From contig OZ243974.1 of NCBI GenBank assembly GCA_965214775.1, forward strand, positions 704,001-768,000: DNA of 64,000 nucleotides, read 5' to 3'. Position numbers and translations under genes: made by a program. This document shows, piece by piece, positions 50,220-59,641 of this stretch; within the stretch, counting starts at the first letter, position 1; each line of letters opens with the position of its first letter. This stretch comes from Nitrosopumilus sp. (lineage in GTDB: Archaea > Thermoproteota > Nitrososphaeria > Nitrososphaerales > Nitrosopumilaceae). The notes below the pieces were generated by a model. It saw nothing but the letters and a program-made list of their open reading frames with translations. It was not told where the DNA came from and searched no databases.

Positions 50220-50909
50220 TTGACGAGTATCGAAAGAAGAATTGAAGATTGCAGTAGCATTCTGAATCAAATCAAAAAGTACGATCCTGACCCGTATTAT
50301 GTGGGATATTTTCTAGATGAATTCATCAAAACTGTCAACCTTATCTATGATGAAATTTTTCAAGAGGCAAATAGAAACTTTGGACTATATGACAAGGGGG
50401 ACAATTCTGAAGAAAAGTTTGAGGAAATGTCAATAATAAAAAATGACAAGAATGCATTAGAGTTTTCTAAATGGTTTAAGGAAATAAATCAGAGAGAGCA
50501 CGAGAGATCATTTCCAAATTTCATGAAACAGATCTGCATGCTGAAAAAACAGGACAAGCAGCTACCAAAATTAAAAATCATGCTAAGGCCTAAAGAGAGA
50601 TTCAAAGACGATGTCTTTCAAGAAATTAATCCAAGATTTTCATATAATGGAAGATTAGGCTCAAAAGACGAATTGAAAATTGAGGCATCAAGACAGCTGC
50701 CGGTTTATTACGAGGTAATAAACCATAAACGAAGGCAAAAAAACGAGCCCAAGGTCAGAAAGGAGCAGATCGTTCCGTCAGCCTTTTTGCTGCTGGATGA
50801 AGGCAGGGACGTTGAAATCCCATATGCATTAGAAATCTACATGCCGGTAATTCACAGATTGGTTGATGAGTCAAGAAAGAAGATTCGCGAACTGACCACT
50901 TGGAAATGA
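50220..50909 (+). CDS. Hypothetical protein
   Basis: 229-aa ORF 2 bp after the previous stop. Confidence 0.78.
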   Translation: MTSIERRIEDCSSILNQIKKYDPDPYYVGYFLDEFIKTVNLIYDEIFQEANRNFGLYDKGDNSEEKFEEMSIIKNDKNALEFSKWFKEINQREHERSFPNFMKQICMLKKQDKQLPKLKIMLRPKERFKDDVFQEINPRFSYNGRLGSKDELKIEASRQLPVYYEVINHKRRQKNEPKVRKEQIVPSAFLLLDEGRDVEIPYALEIYMPVIHRLVDESRKKIRELTTWK

Positions 50910-50910
50910 A

Positions 50911-51567
50911 CTAGAATCCAAATATCGGATGATCTTTTTTAATTTTGACTATGGGAAGATATGAGAATCCATGATCAAAGCTGCTTACAAAAACAGGATC
51001 CTGCCCGTGGCCTCCTTGGTATTTCATAAAATTATGCACAGGTTCTGAATCAAGTTTTACATAGTTGAAATTGTAATACACCTCATCCATTTCAAGCGAC
51101 GTCACGTGTCCCAACATCCAGGAATTATTGTGTGGAACCGCATACAATGTCAGATCTAACTCGTCTGGAAATTCCGGATCATAGGTTAAGCGTGCCAAGC
51201 TTCCAAGATCCCTTAGCTGAATAGGATGAAATTGATCAGGCATGTCTTTTGTAGCCTCAGGCAACGAGGAGATTTCTGACTCGGCGTGAACTATTGGTGC
51301 ATAGTGTGAAATGTCTTTTGTGGAATCAACAACATCGCAGATTTCATTTCCTGAAGAAGTCTGATATGAAACATACCTTCCGTCTTTTGGCATAGAGGAA
51401 TAAAACACTGCCAGAGTGTTTGCCAATGTAATGCTGCTAGACAAGATTCTTTTTCCACCATACCGTTGCGAATAGACACGTCTGGGATGCTCCCTAAAGG
51501 CACAGGCAAATCTTGCCAAATCACTAAAGCTGGACAGTTCTACAAAGCATTCATTTTGTGCAGTCAA
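50911..51567 (-). CDS. Hypothetical protein with internally duplicated LxDL/LARx motif
   Basis: 218-aa ORF; VELSSFSDLAR and IQLRDLGSLAR. Confidence 0.78.
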   Translation of the reverse strand: MTAQNECFVELSSFSDLARFACAFREHPRRVYSQRYGGKRILSSSITLANTLAVFYSSMPKDGRYVSYQTSSGNEICDVVDSTKDISHYAPIVHAESEISSLPEATKDMPDQFHPIQLRDLGSLARLTYDPEFPDELDLTLYAVPHNNSWMLGHVTSLEMDEVYYNFNYVKLDSEPVHNFMKYQGGHGQDPVFVSSFDHGFSYLPIVKIKKDHPIFGF

Positions 51568-51689
51568 TAATGCACAAATTCAGTTGAATTTTTTATACTT
51601 TCTGGAAATAAAGGAGTTGCCCAAACTTGTTTTCTAGTTGGCATGTTGTGCCACAAATGCAGACAATTTCAAACGCGGTACGTGGCATT

Positions 51690-51750
51690 TTGGTCTATTC
51701 GACGGAAGTTCACCTATGCATGATCCGAGTCTGCTGACTTCGAATCAACT
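51690..51750 (-). mobile_element. Partial family A' MITE end
   Basis: AAGTTCACCTATGCATGATCCGAGTCTGCTGACTTCGAATCAACT matches 9761-9804. Confidence 0.65.
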
Positions 51751-51813
51751 TTTTGTGCAGCCCCGAGTGCATCTCCGAAAGTTGAACAAATAAAAAAGAA
51801 AAACCAGATGGAA

Positions 51814-52230
51814 TCATTGAGATTTTGGCCACATGGTCTTCCAGGTTTCGGCAAACTGTTTCATCATTTCGCCATACACTTGCATTTGTTCCAATCCAGA
51901 GGAACTGAGCGTCTTTTGCCAGTTTTCAGCAAACTGCTTGAAGGCTGCAATGTTGGCATCGTTTAGGGATTTTTGCCAGTTTTCGCCAAAATCCTTCAAA
52001 GACTTCATTCCAGCCTCGTTCATAGCTTTTTGCCAGTTTTCGCCAAATAGCTTCATGGTTTCGGCACTAGATTCCGCTGCAGCTTTTTCCCACACGGCGT
52101 TGAATTTTGACTGCATGTCACTGCTAGCTTCCTGGATTTGCTCAAAAAGGGTTTTCCACATTTCTAGGGACTTGGAGTATTCCTGCCACAAGGAATCCCA
52201 CTCGTTGCCATTTTTTTGTTCTTCAGACAT
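51814..52230 (-). CDS. Helical repeat protein (FxENWQK repeats)
   Basis: Three 19-aa repeats FGENWQK/FGENWQK/FAENWQK. Confidence 0.82.
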   Translation of the reverse strand: MSEEQKNGNEWDSLWQEYSKSLEMWKTLFEQIQEASSDMQSKFNAVWEKAAAESSAETMKLFGENWQKAMNEAGMKSLKDFGENWQKSLNDANIAAFKQFAENWQKTLSSSGLEQMQVYGEMMKQFAETWKTMWPKSQ

Positions 52231-52287
52231 GACAAAATATGGAGTTAATGGTTCTTAAAGTGATCCCTGAAAATAATCGGAGAGAAT

Positions 52288-52800
52288 CTACCTTGAGCGA
52301 TTTTGTAATCGCTTTTCCATTCTGGCCTTTCCCTCTTCAAACTTGGCTCTGTCCTCGTCGGTTTTCAGAGATAGTTTGGGCACATGCAACGGCTTTCCGT
52401 TCTCATCCAATGCGACAAATGTGACAAAGGCGGTTCCCGTAGTGGTTTTGATTCCAGTCACAATGTCTTCTGCCTCCGCCTTGACCTCGATTTCCATCGA
52501 GGAGTTGTGAACATAGTTTATTCTGGCGTCCAATTTCAGGACGTTTCCAACAAATACGGGTTTTAGAAAACTCACGCTGTCCATGCATACCGTTACGGCG
52601 TTTGATTGCGAGTGCCGTTGGGCAACAATCCCTGCGACCATGTCAATACGCTTTAGAATCTCCCCGCCAAAGACATTGCCTGCCGGGTTTGCGTCCGAGG
52701 GGAACATTCTCACTATTACTTCGGCATGGGATTCAGATGGGCTTTTTTCCAAGCGAGTCAGAGTCATTGCGCACTCAGGAGCATCAGCATTCTTATCCAA
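52288..52800 (-). CDS. Acyl-CoA thioesterase (hotdog fold)
   Basis: DANPAGNVFGG.IL..ID, F.KPV.VG, FVALD..G.P. Confidence 0.92.
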   Translation of the reverse strand: MDKNADAPECAMTLTRLEKSPSESHAEVIVRMFPSDANPAGNVFGGEILKRIDMVAGIVAQRHSQSNAVTVCMDSVSFLKPVFVGNVLKLDARINYVHNSSMEIEVKAEAEDIVTGIKTTTGTAFVTFVALDENGKPLHVPKLSLKTDEDRAKFEEGKARMEKRLQNRSR

Positions 52801-52826
52801 TTTAATCTAAACAGTCGTCTTTGCTG

Positions 52827-54164
52827 CTATCTGAAGTATTTTTTCAAGTCAATTTTGCCGATTTTTGGAATTTTTGCAAGCTCAAATCCCTCAGGTCTCT
52901 TAGAAAGGGAGCAGGTTGCGTCAATTCCCATTTTTGCAGTTTGCAGCCTCCTTTGATCGCTTGAAGGATCAAGACTGGAACCGCGAATTTTTGTGAGAAT
53001 CACCAAGTCCCTGTCAGCCTGAAACCTTGTTGCCATCGCATATTCGACTGCCTCGGCGTTGCTAGGATCAATGTCTTCGTCAACCACGGTTACCTGCTTT
53101 AGGGATCTGTGCGATTCGAATGTTTTTTTAATAACTTTCTTTGGATCAGATTCTGCCTTCTTTTTGATCTGCACAACGGCATGAAGCCAGTTACATCCGC
53201 CGTTTGTCATTGAGACCTGCCTTGTTTGAGAAAATGCCTTTTTGAGATCCCCGTTTAGTTTGGATTCGATCGGCATTCCCATCAGCAGTCTGTGTTCGGA
53301 GAATCCAGACAGCACGTCGTGAAATATCGGACTGTTTCTGTGGAACAGATTTTCCAGTTCAAAAACCGGTTGGTCTCTTTTATGATCATATGTCTGAAGC
53401 ATCTCTACCATCCATTCAGGATGAGTCTTGTCCTGAAGGATTTTTCCCTCCAAAACAATTTCGGCGCCGGAAGGGACGTTTAGTCCACTGTGTGGCAGGT
53501 TTGCCAAACTGAGTTTTCCCGCCAAGAGGGAATTGGCAATATCCATCTCATCTTTTCCCCATTCAGCCTGATAGGCACCTGCGATTGAGACTGCGGGATG
53601 AACGCCTACGGTAATTGCAACCCTCAGATCTTCCCCGTGATCCTTTGCATCCATAAAGCATCTGTGAAGATGTCTGCCCTCAACCATTCTAATCGAAAGA
53701 TGCGTCTTGTCAATCGGCATTAGTCGGTGAAACGAGGAGTTTTGTTTTTCTGTTTCGGGATTAACGGCATATGCAATTGAGGATGTGATAAAGGGTCCAG
53801 ATTCCTTTTCAAAATGGGTAACAACAGGCAAGGAAAGAAGGTTTTTGGATTGGTTTTCCATGAATTTTCCAGAGGAAACGACCTTGGGCTTCCTTGCCTT
53901 TTTGATGGCCGAAATGACTCTAGAATGAATCTCGTCTTCCCTGCAACCGACAGCTAGTGCAAACCGCTTTCTGGTACCGACTAGGTTCGACACTAGTCGA
54001 AATTTGCTTTCTTTGATATTTTCAAACAGTACGGCATCCGAGCCATCAGTTTTTGCAGTAATTCCAGCAATCTCATATTTTGTGGAAACCTTGGATTTTA
54101 CGACTTGAAGTTCCTTGATTTTTTTAACCTGGTTGATGTATGTGCGCAAATCACTCATTGTCAA
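52827..54164 (-). CDS. UbiD-family (prFMN-dependent) decarboxylase
   Basis: N.SFHRL, P..AEIVLEG, VVDEDID, GSSLDPS, KMGIDAT. Confidence 0.92.
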   Translation of the reverse strand: MTMSDLRTYINQVKKIKELQVVKSKVSTKYEIAGITAKTDGSDAVLFENIKESKFRLVSNLVGTRKRFALAVGCREDEIHSRVISAIKKARKPKVVSSGKFMENQSKNLLSLPVVTHFEKESGPFITSSIAYAVNPETEKQNSSFHRLMPIDKTHLSIRMVEGRHLHRCFMDAKDHGEDLRVAITVGVHPAVSIAGAYQAEWGKDEMDIANSLLAGKLSLANLPHSGLNVPSGAEIVLEGKILQDKTHPEWMVEMLQTYDHKRDQPVFELENLFHRNSPIFHDVLSGFSEHRLLMGMPIESKLNGDLKKAFSQTRQVSMTNGGCNWLHAVVQIKKKAESDPKKVIKKTFESHRSLKQVTVVDEDIDPSNAEAVEYAMATRFQADRDLVILTKIRGSSLDPSSDQRRLQTAKMGIDATCSLSKRPEGFELAKIPKIGKIDLKKYFR

Positions 54165-54498
54165 TCATCTCCATTATCTCAGAGATTAAGGCTTTTGCAG
54201 TGGGCGGTCCTAACTCCTTCTGGATGAATGCCGAAACCAGTGCAACTCCGCGCATTCTGGTACTGATTCGTTCTGCAGTCAGTCTTAGAAACAAGGATTC
54301 AGATTTTGAGGGAATGATCGTTATCGTAATGGGGGCGGCAGGCCCGGTCGCCATTGATGCGACCATGGAGCCGATTTTGTTGGCTCCCTCCGTCACAGAA
54401 ACAAAAAACCCGTTATCAAATCTTTGAATACGTAAAGAAAAGCTGCGGCTCTCCAAACTTACTGTTTTCTGAGAAAAGCCATTTGGAGAGTTCAACAA
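54151..54498 (-). CDS. Hypothetical protein (possibly proteasome assembly chaperone-like)
   Basis: 115-aa ORF overlapping the start of the UbiD gene. Confidence 0.65.
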   Translation of the reverse strand: MLNSPNGFSQKTVSLESRSFSLRIQRFDNGFFVSVTEGANKIGSMVASMATGPAAPITITIIPSKSESLFLRLTAERISTRMRGVALVSAFIQKELGPPTAKALISEIMEMIDNE

Positions 54499-54512
54499 GC
54501 TATGAACAAGTC

Positions 54513-54968
54513 TTATGCTTTTATTGCTATTGATTCGTTCTCCTGGGAGGATTCAGTAGTAATTCTGTTTGGGTTCTTTTTGCAGTTCCTTTGATGTTTG
54601 TCCAGATAGACAAACGATTTTTCACAGAATTCACACTTGGTCTTTTCTTTTCCTTTTGATGTTTTTGCTTTGGCAGTCTTTGCTTTAGATTTTGCCTTTG
54701 CTGCAATTTCTTCAAGCCCAATTTCCGGTTGAGCTACAGAAGCAGTCTTTGCTTCAATAGAATCAGCTTCAACTCTTGCACGCAATTTTGCCTTATATTT
54801 CAGATTGCGTGGTTTTGTTCTTAGTCTGTATCCACAACACGGACACCAAAGTCCTTCCCATTTGATGAATATTTCACAAATTTGGCATCGACGTTGTCCT
54901 GAAGCATATCTTCCGGTTCCAACTGGCTTTTGGGCCTTATATCTAACACAAATTCCTTTACAAGTCAT
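54513..54968 (-). CDS. Cys-rich Zn-finger protein
   Basis: CKGIC..., RCQIC...CPCCGYRLR and C-terminal CEFC...H...C. Confidence 0.85.
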   Translation of the reverse strand: MTCKGICVRYKAQKPVGTGRYASGQRRCQICEIFIKWEGLWCPCCGYRLRTKPRNLKYKAKLRARVEADSIEAKTASVAQPEIGLEEIAAKAKSKAKTAKAKTSKGKEKTKCEFCEKSFVYLDKHQRNCKKNPNRITTESSQENESIAIKA

Positions 54969-55377
54969 CTTGGTGTTGTAATATAGAATTCATAACTATA
55001 TAAGCATGGATCGATAATATTTTGGTAAATAATTCAAAAAATATGAAATAATTTCAATTTTTTAGCCGATCAAAAATATTAGTTTCAAAAAAAATGCCCA
55101 AATCTTCAATAAATATGTATATCTTGTTTCAAAATCCTGTTTTTTGTAAAAATGGCAAGTGGCAATATAGTCGTTTAACAAAAATTTACATGTTTTTTCA
55201 AAAAATATGGAAATTATGGCAGCAGTAGCATCTCGGGCTCTGAAAACCGTTCCTAGTTTCAGGCACGAATATGCCAGAGAACTCCCCCCCCCTCCGGGGT
55301 AACAATGCTCACACCTGAACGTCCAGAGCCAGAGATGTTACGCCTGCAGTTGTAATTCTCATGCATGGCCAACAGGG

Positions 55378-55504
55378 GGAGTTGTTTCCTAATTCGCCAG
55401 AATTCCCGAAAACCGTCAAGATGCCACATGGATCAGGCGTGCAAAGGGGGCGAAAATTCAGAAAAGCATAGACAGAGTCAGGCAGGTGGAATTAGGAAAA
55501 CTCC
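55378..55504 (+). mobile_element. MITE-like element, family C
   Basis: GGAGTTGTTTCCTAAT...ATTAGGAAAACTCC; interior matches 60965-61094. Confidence 0.82.
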
Positions 55505-55551
55505 GGGGATGGCTTTAATTCCGGCTAGTAGTTATCCTACGACTAGAGAAA

Positions 55552-56346
55552 CTACCCAATCACACGGGGTATTTCTTCTCTAATCTCAGACAACATTTTT
55601 GGAATGTTGATTGGCTCATTGATCAAACGTGTTAAACTGTGCAAATACCCCTTCAAAATTTCTTCAATATTTTCAGGAAAGAATTGCTCAATGTCGATAA
55701 AGTTGACATTTTTTGTTTCGCATTTTTTCAAAAAAAGAACTCTGACGCCGTTCCGGATTTTATTTTCTTTGAGCAGTCGCCATACATCATAGTAATCCCT
55801 AATCTTTCCACGCTGGAGAATTGCCCTCAGTTTTTCTGCCAGTATTGTTTCAAGCGAGTAGACTCTTACCGAAAATTTTGGATAGTCGTAATACTGTGGT
55901 ACCGGCATTGTTACAATTTTGTCAATCTCTTCTTCGCGACTGATTTCAATTTTTAATCTAGCCTTGCTAATAGGCCCCGTGTACTTGAACCTGCCTTGAA
56001 AATATCCCGGGTTTGTGTGCGGTGGTTCCTCAGGATTTATTGAAATTTGGTTTTTTTGCATCACAATATTTGACATTTCTTTGTCAAGTGGCTTGACAAA
56101 CTTTTCCTATCCTGTGTTGTCTGCGGGTGTGAAATCGAGATCTTCTGACAACCTCCATTGGCCAGGAAAATAAACCTTTGACAGAGCCGTACCTCCCTTG
56201 AAAACAAGCTTGTCAGAAATTGAACTGCTTGCAATACCATAGAGCATCCATCCTAGAACATAGTCTTTTTCCACCATGTCGACTCCGACTTTTAGATCCA
56301 CTGCTTTCTTCCTGAGTTCTTGATGTGAGATCATTATTGCCTCCAC
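55552..56346 (-). pseudogene. AbiEii-like nucleotidyltransferase toxin with in-frame TAG
   Basis: EKDY, FKGGTAL, RLSEDLDF, EKLRA, RDYYD; both ORF halves are in the same frame around TAG 56107-56109. Confidence 0.88.
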
Positions 56347-57157
56347 CTGTCTGGATCAATTGTCGTATTGACGACCAGAGACCATTTTGCCTTTATTTTG
56401 CCCCTTTTTGGAGAGAGCGGATCAAGCACGGAACATCCCTTTTTAATTTCTGCGTTTTCTAAAACATTGACACATTTATCAAGGCCCAGAACTTCGGAGA
56501 TGTGTCCAAGCCTTTTGATTACCGCGCCGTTTCCAATCTTTATTGCCATCTTGGACAGCGTTTCAAGATTCAACTTGCTGGCGGAAAAATAAAGTGCCCT
56601 TGCAACCTCGTCAATGCCTCCTGCATGTTCCGGATGATCTAGGCAGTCTACGAATGTCTTTGCAGGTGTTGAGATTTTTACAGGCGTGTTCTCAACCGTG
56701 GTAATGGTGGCAACACCAAACATTTTACGTGGAACTATTGTAACAAACTTGAATTCAACATTCAGTATTTTTCTAGAATTTCTTGGTTTTGGTGTGGCAA
56801 TGTACACACAGGGCGGTGTCTGTTCTGTGAATCCGTAATGGTTGAGGGCGCTCCAGTACCCGATGTAATATGGTTTTGTCAATAGTGATCCCATTACAAA
56901 GCTGTGAACGGTATAACTATCAGCCCCCCCCCCTCGCCTGCCTCAAATGGGGCTATAGTGTAAACTCCTTTTCTTATTTTTAGAACCCATCTTTTTCTGA
57001 CCAGCCAGTCTAGGACATTTTTTGAATTGCTTGCCAGAGTCTTGACGTCATCGGGAGTGAATATTGTCTTGTTTTTGTAACTGAGTTTTGTCAGAACTTC
57101 TGCCTCCCTTTCTGACAATGTATGTCTATATTTTTTTATGTATATTCGAACCACCAC
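56334..57157 (-). pseudogene. AbiEi-like antitoxin (wHTH) frameshifted at a G10 tract
   Basis: KIRKGVY wHTH half, then YIGYWSALNHYGFTEQ.P and KTFVDCLDHP; frame change at the C10 run 56924-56933. Confidence 0.86.
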
Positions 57158-57521
57158 TCGAAAATCATTAAGAAAATATAAGTTTTTAGTGCTTAAAAGG
57201 ATGACTGAAACAGTAGTGTATAATGTCACACCCCCCTCTAGAATGCACCGAAGATCATAATTGTACATACCGATTCGTACCTGATTGACATGGATAGATT
57301 ACCACAGACTCTTTGACTTGTGATATGACGTAACATGTGGGATACTGGAAGTTCGGGCATGAATTTTGTCACTAATGAATGTCGATCAAATGAAATCTGC
57401 TCCTAAAATCATCAGAAACGGCTTCCGGAACCCGATCAGTTGCAAATTATGTCATTTCCTCGTGCCTTTGTCATCATTGAACTGGGATTTTTTGGAAACA
57501 GATTCATATTTTTAGGGAATT

Positions 57522-58187
57522 TTATCCGGTAATTGACAGCGGTTGAACTGAAAATCGATGCCCGTCACGTTGAGAGATAAATTTTGCAGACAGCATGTCC
57601 CGTTTTCCCCTTTGATTGAAGTTTTTGATTTTTGGGCTGGTCTTTTTTTCATCAACAAATTCCAATTCGAATGAAGAGCAAAATTTGAGATTTAGCATTG
57701 ATGCTATTTCTTTTGCAACCTGCATGTTGCCATTGCCAATTTTTACAATTTTTCTTCTAGCCCATAGCCCTCCCATTACTCGAATAACATGAAAAACCAG
57801 ATCTTCAACTGAAGAAAAAAATGAGCCCTCAATCTCTTTGCCAAAATAGCATACAGAAAGGCCAATTCTTTGCCCGGGGTCAACTCCCAAAACAAGATCC
57901 GCCTCTTCAAGATTAAATGATAGTTTTTGCATGATTTTTCCTTTGACTACGGTTGGCGGATGTCCAAAAATATCCTCATGCAGCAATAGCGGCTTTGAAC
58001 ATTCCTTTGGGGATTCCTCTCTTGTGGTAAAGACCAGATTTCCGGAATAATCGGTTATTTCTTCGGGAAGAATGGAATCAAAGGACAGATCCAGGGCTTT
58101 TAGATATGTGGAGAATCTATAGTAGGGCCTGCCATATGTGGTAGCAACTCCAATACGTGCATCAAGTAGGGGATCGATATTTGGCAA
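57522..58187 (-). CDS. Hypothetical protein with RNase H-like (YqgF/RuvC-like) motif
   Basis: LVLGVDPGQRIGLSV, KIGNG, VDE..TS, RD..SA. Confidence 0.72.
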   Translation of the reverse strand: MPNIDPLLDARIGVATTYGRPYYRFSTYLKALDLSFDSILPEEITDYSGNLVFTTREESPKECSKPLLLHEDIFGHPPTVVKGKIMQKLSFNLEEADLVLGVDPGQRIGLSVCYFGKEIEGSFFSSVEDLVFHVIRVMGGLWARRKIVKIGNGNMQVAKEIASMLNLKFCSSFELEFVDEKKTSPKIKNFNQRGKRDMLSAKFISQRDGHRFSVQPLSITG

Positions 58188-58208
58188 AGGGAGATATTAG
58201 ATTTAGGT

Positions 58209-58544
58209 TTATGCCTTCAAAATTGTTGACACAACGTGTCTTACTGCATCGTCAAAATTTGCGTCAATTTTTGACTGGATTTCTGCTAGTTTAGCCTCGC
58301 CTTCCTGAGAGATTTTGGAGGATTCTGCCGTCGCCTTGTCTTTAGATGAATTGATGATGGCTTCTGCCTCCTGAGTGGCCATTTGACGTGTCTTTTCAAG
58401 TAAGGAGTCTATTTCAGTTTGGGCTTTGACTGCCAATTGCTTTTTCATACCGTCGACTTTGGAATTTAGGGAATCAAGATCGTCCTCTAGGGCACTCAAT
58501 GATTTTACAATTCCGTTTACTTTAGATTCTGCAACGTTACTCAT
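58209..58544 (-). CDS. Coiled-coil protein resembling A/V-type ATP synthase peripheral stalk subunit H/G
   Basis: 111-aa helical ORF with EAEAII...KA.AE periodicity ending NFDDAV..VV..IL. Confidence 0.65.
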   Translation of the reverse strand: MSNVAESKVNGIVKSLSALEDDLDSLNSKVDGMKKQLAVKAQTEIDSLLEKTRQMATQEAEAIINSSKDKATAESSKISQEGEAKLAEIQSKIDANFDDAVRHVVSTILKA

Positions 58545-58599
58545 TATACCAAAAACCCGGCCGATCCATTACTTAAATCATTCAATTTTACCAGCGTAT

Positions 58600-58660
58600 G
58601 AGGAGGTTTCCACCGCAAAAAAGCTTGCAGCGTACGCGGGCTTGGTACCGTCACACCGGA
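58600..58660 (+). pseudogene. IS110-family transposase fragment
   Basis: (RRF)STAKKLAAYAGLVPSHR, the IS110 catalytic-Ser-proximal motif; cut off by a MITE. Confidence 0.7.
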
Positions 58661-58786
58661 ACTGTCGCATAATTACACCTGCTTGACTCAACCTGCCCGT
58701 TTTTCTGAATTTCCACCCCTCTTGCGTGTCTAGTCCAGACAATATCTCATGGTTTTCAGGAACCTGATGAATTATGCGACAATTCC
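58658..58786 (-). mobile_element. MITE-like element, family C
   Basis: GGAACTGTCGCATAAT...ATTATGCGACAATTCC; interior is an inverted homolog of 5503-5632. Confidence 0.82.
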
Positions 58787-58973
58787 CATTTGAGGCTAAC
58801 GCTTTACCTGTTTCATAGCAGGCAGGATCGTATGTGGTCACCTATCCCCACCAATCAGACACGAATTAGTATACACAATTATGATTTCCACGCCTAGCCA
58901 GTAAGGGGACGTGACCACATACGCAGGATCTATTACAGGAGTGATCAAGGAATTTCTATTTGATCATGAAAAA

Positions 58974-58991
58974 CTGACCAGATCTGGTCAG
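58974..58991. promoter_or_regulatory. 18-bp perfect palindrome, putative operator
   Basis: CTGACCAGATCTGGTCAG 47 bp upstream of the wHTH gene, beside TATA-like ATTAAAAGTATAAAA. Confidence 0.6.
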
Positions 58992-59038
58992 AAATACATG
59001 ATTAAAAGTATAAAATATGATCAAATACATACCAGAAT

Positions 59039-59641
59039 ATGCCAAGTTTCAAATCACAGTATGCGTATCCTTTGATGTACTACATGCTGTCCCACAAGCA
59101 ATTCAAACAACGCCAGATGGCGCGCGATTTGGAGTATAGGCACGGGGGAAGCATTAGTGGTTTTGTAAACTGGTTAGAAGAATTGAAAATGATTGAGAAA
59201 ACCAAAGATACCCTGCATAGAACCCTCACCTACAAAGTTCCATCACCGCCGAGTTTGATAAGATTTTACAGTAATTTTCGAAAAATGAGTGACTTGCGAA
59301 TAACTAGAGACGTGGGTGACAATAGAGACGCAGTAGTTGAATTTTTCAAAAAAAATAACGGTATTTTTTGTTTAACATCTGCACTGGAACACTATACGGA
59401 ATATGTAAGAGATCCCGCAATTCACGTTTACGTTGATGAAAAATACTGGAATGAAATGGCAAATACAAATACAGAGGGAAGTGTACGAGTAAATTTGTAT
59501 GCATTTAAACCGTATAGAGAAGATAACATCACTGAAATCGATGGAATGAGATTAACTAATCGCTTACGAACATTGATTGATCTGTACTGTGATGACAAAG
59601 CTTATGCTGCAGAACCGTTAATCAAAGAGTTATGGACCTAA
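59039..59641 (+). CDS. Winged-HTH protein with AbiEi-like C-terminal domain (putative antitoxin)
   Basis: N-terminal HTH (QRQMARDL...ISGFVNWLEE), LTSAL, IHVYV, RTLIDLY. Confidence 0.75.
   Translation: MPSFKSQYAYPLMYYMLSHKQFKQRQMARDLEYRHGGSISGFVNWLEELKMIEKTKDTLHRTLTYKVPSPPSLIRFYSNFRKMSDLRITRDVGDNRDAVVEFFKKNNGIFCLTSALEHYTEYVRDPAIHVYVDEKYWNEMANTNTEGSVRVNLYAFKPYREDNITEIDGMRLTNRLRTLIDLYCDDKAYAAEPLIKELWT

Noticed and set aside
57158-57268. N-terminal extension of the AbiEi ORF
   Set aside because: Runs through AT-rich promoter-like sequence; the domain begins near the GTG at 57157.
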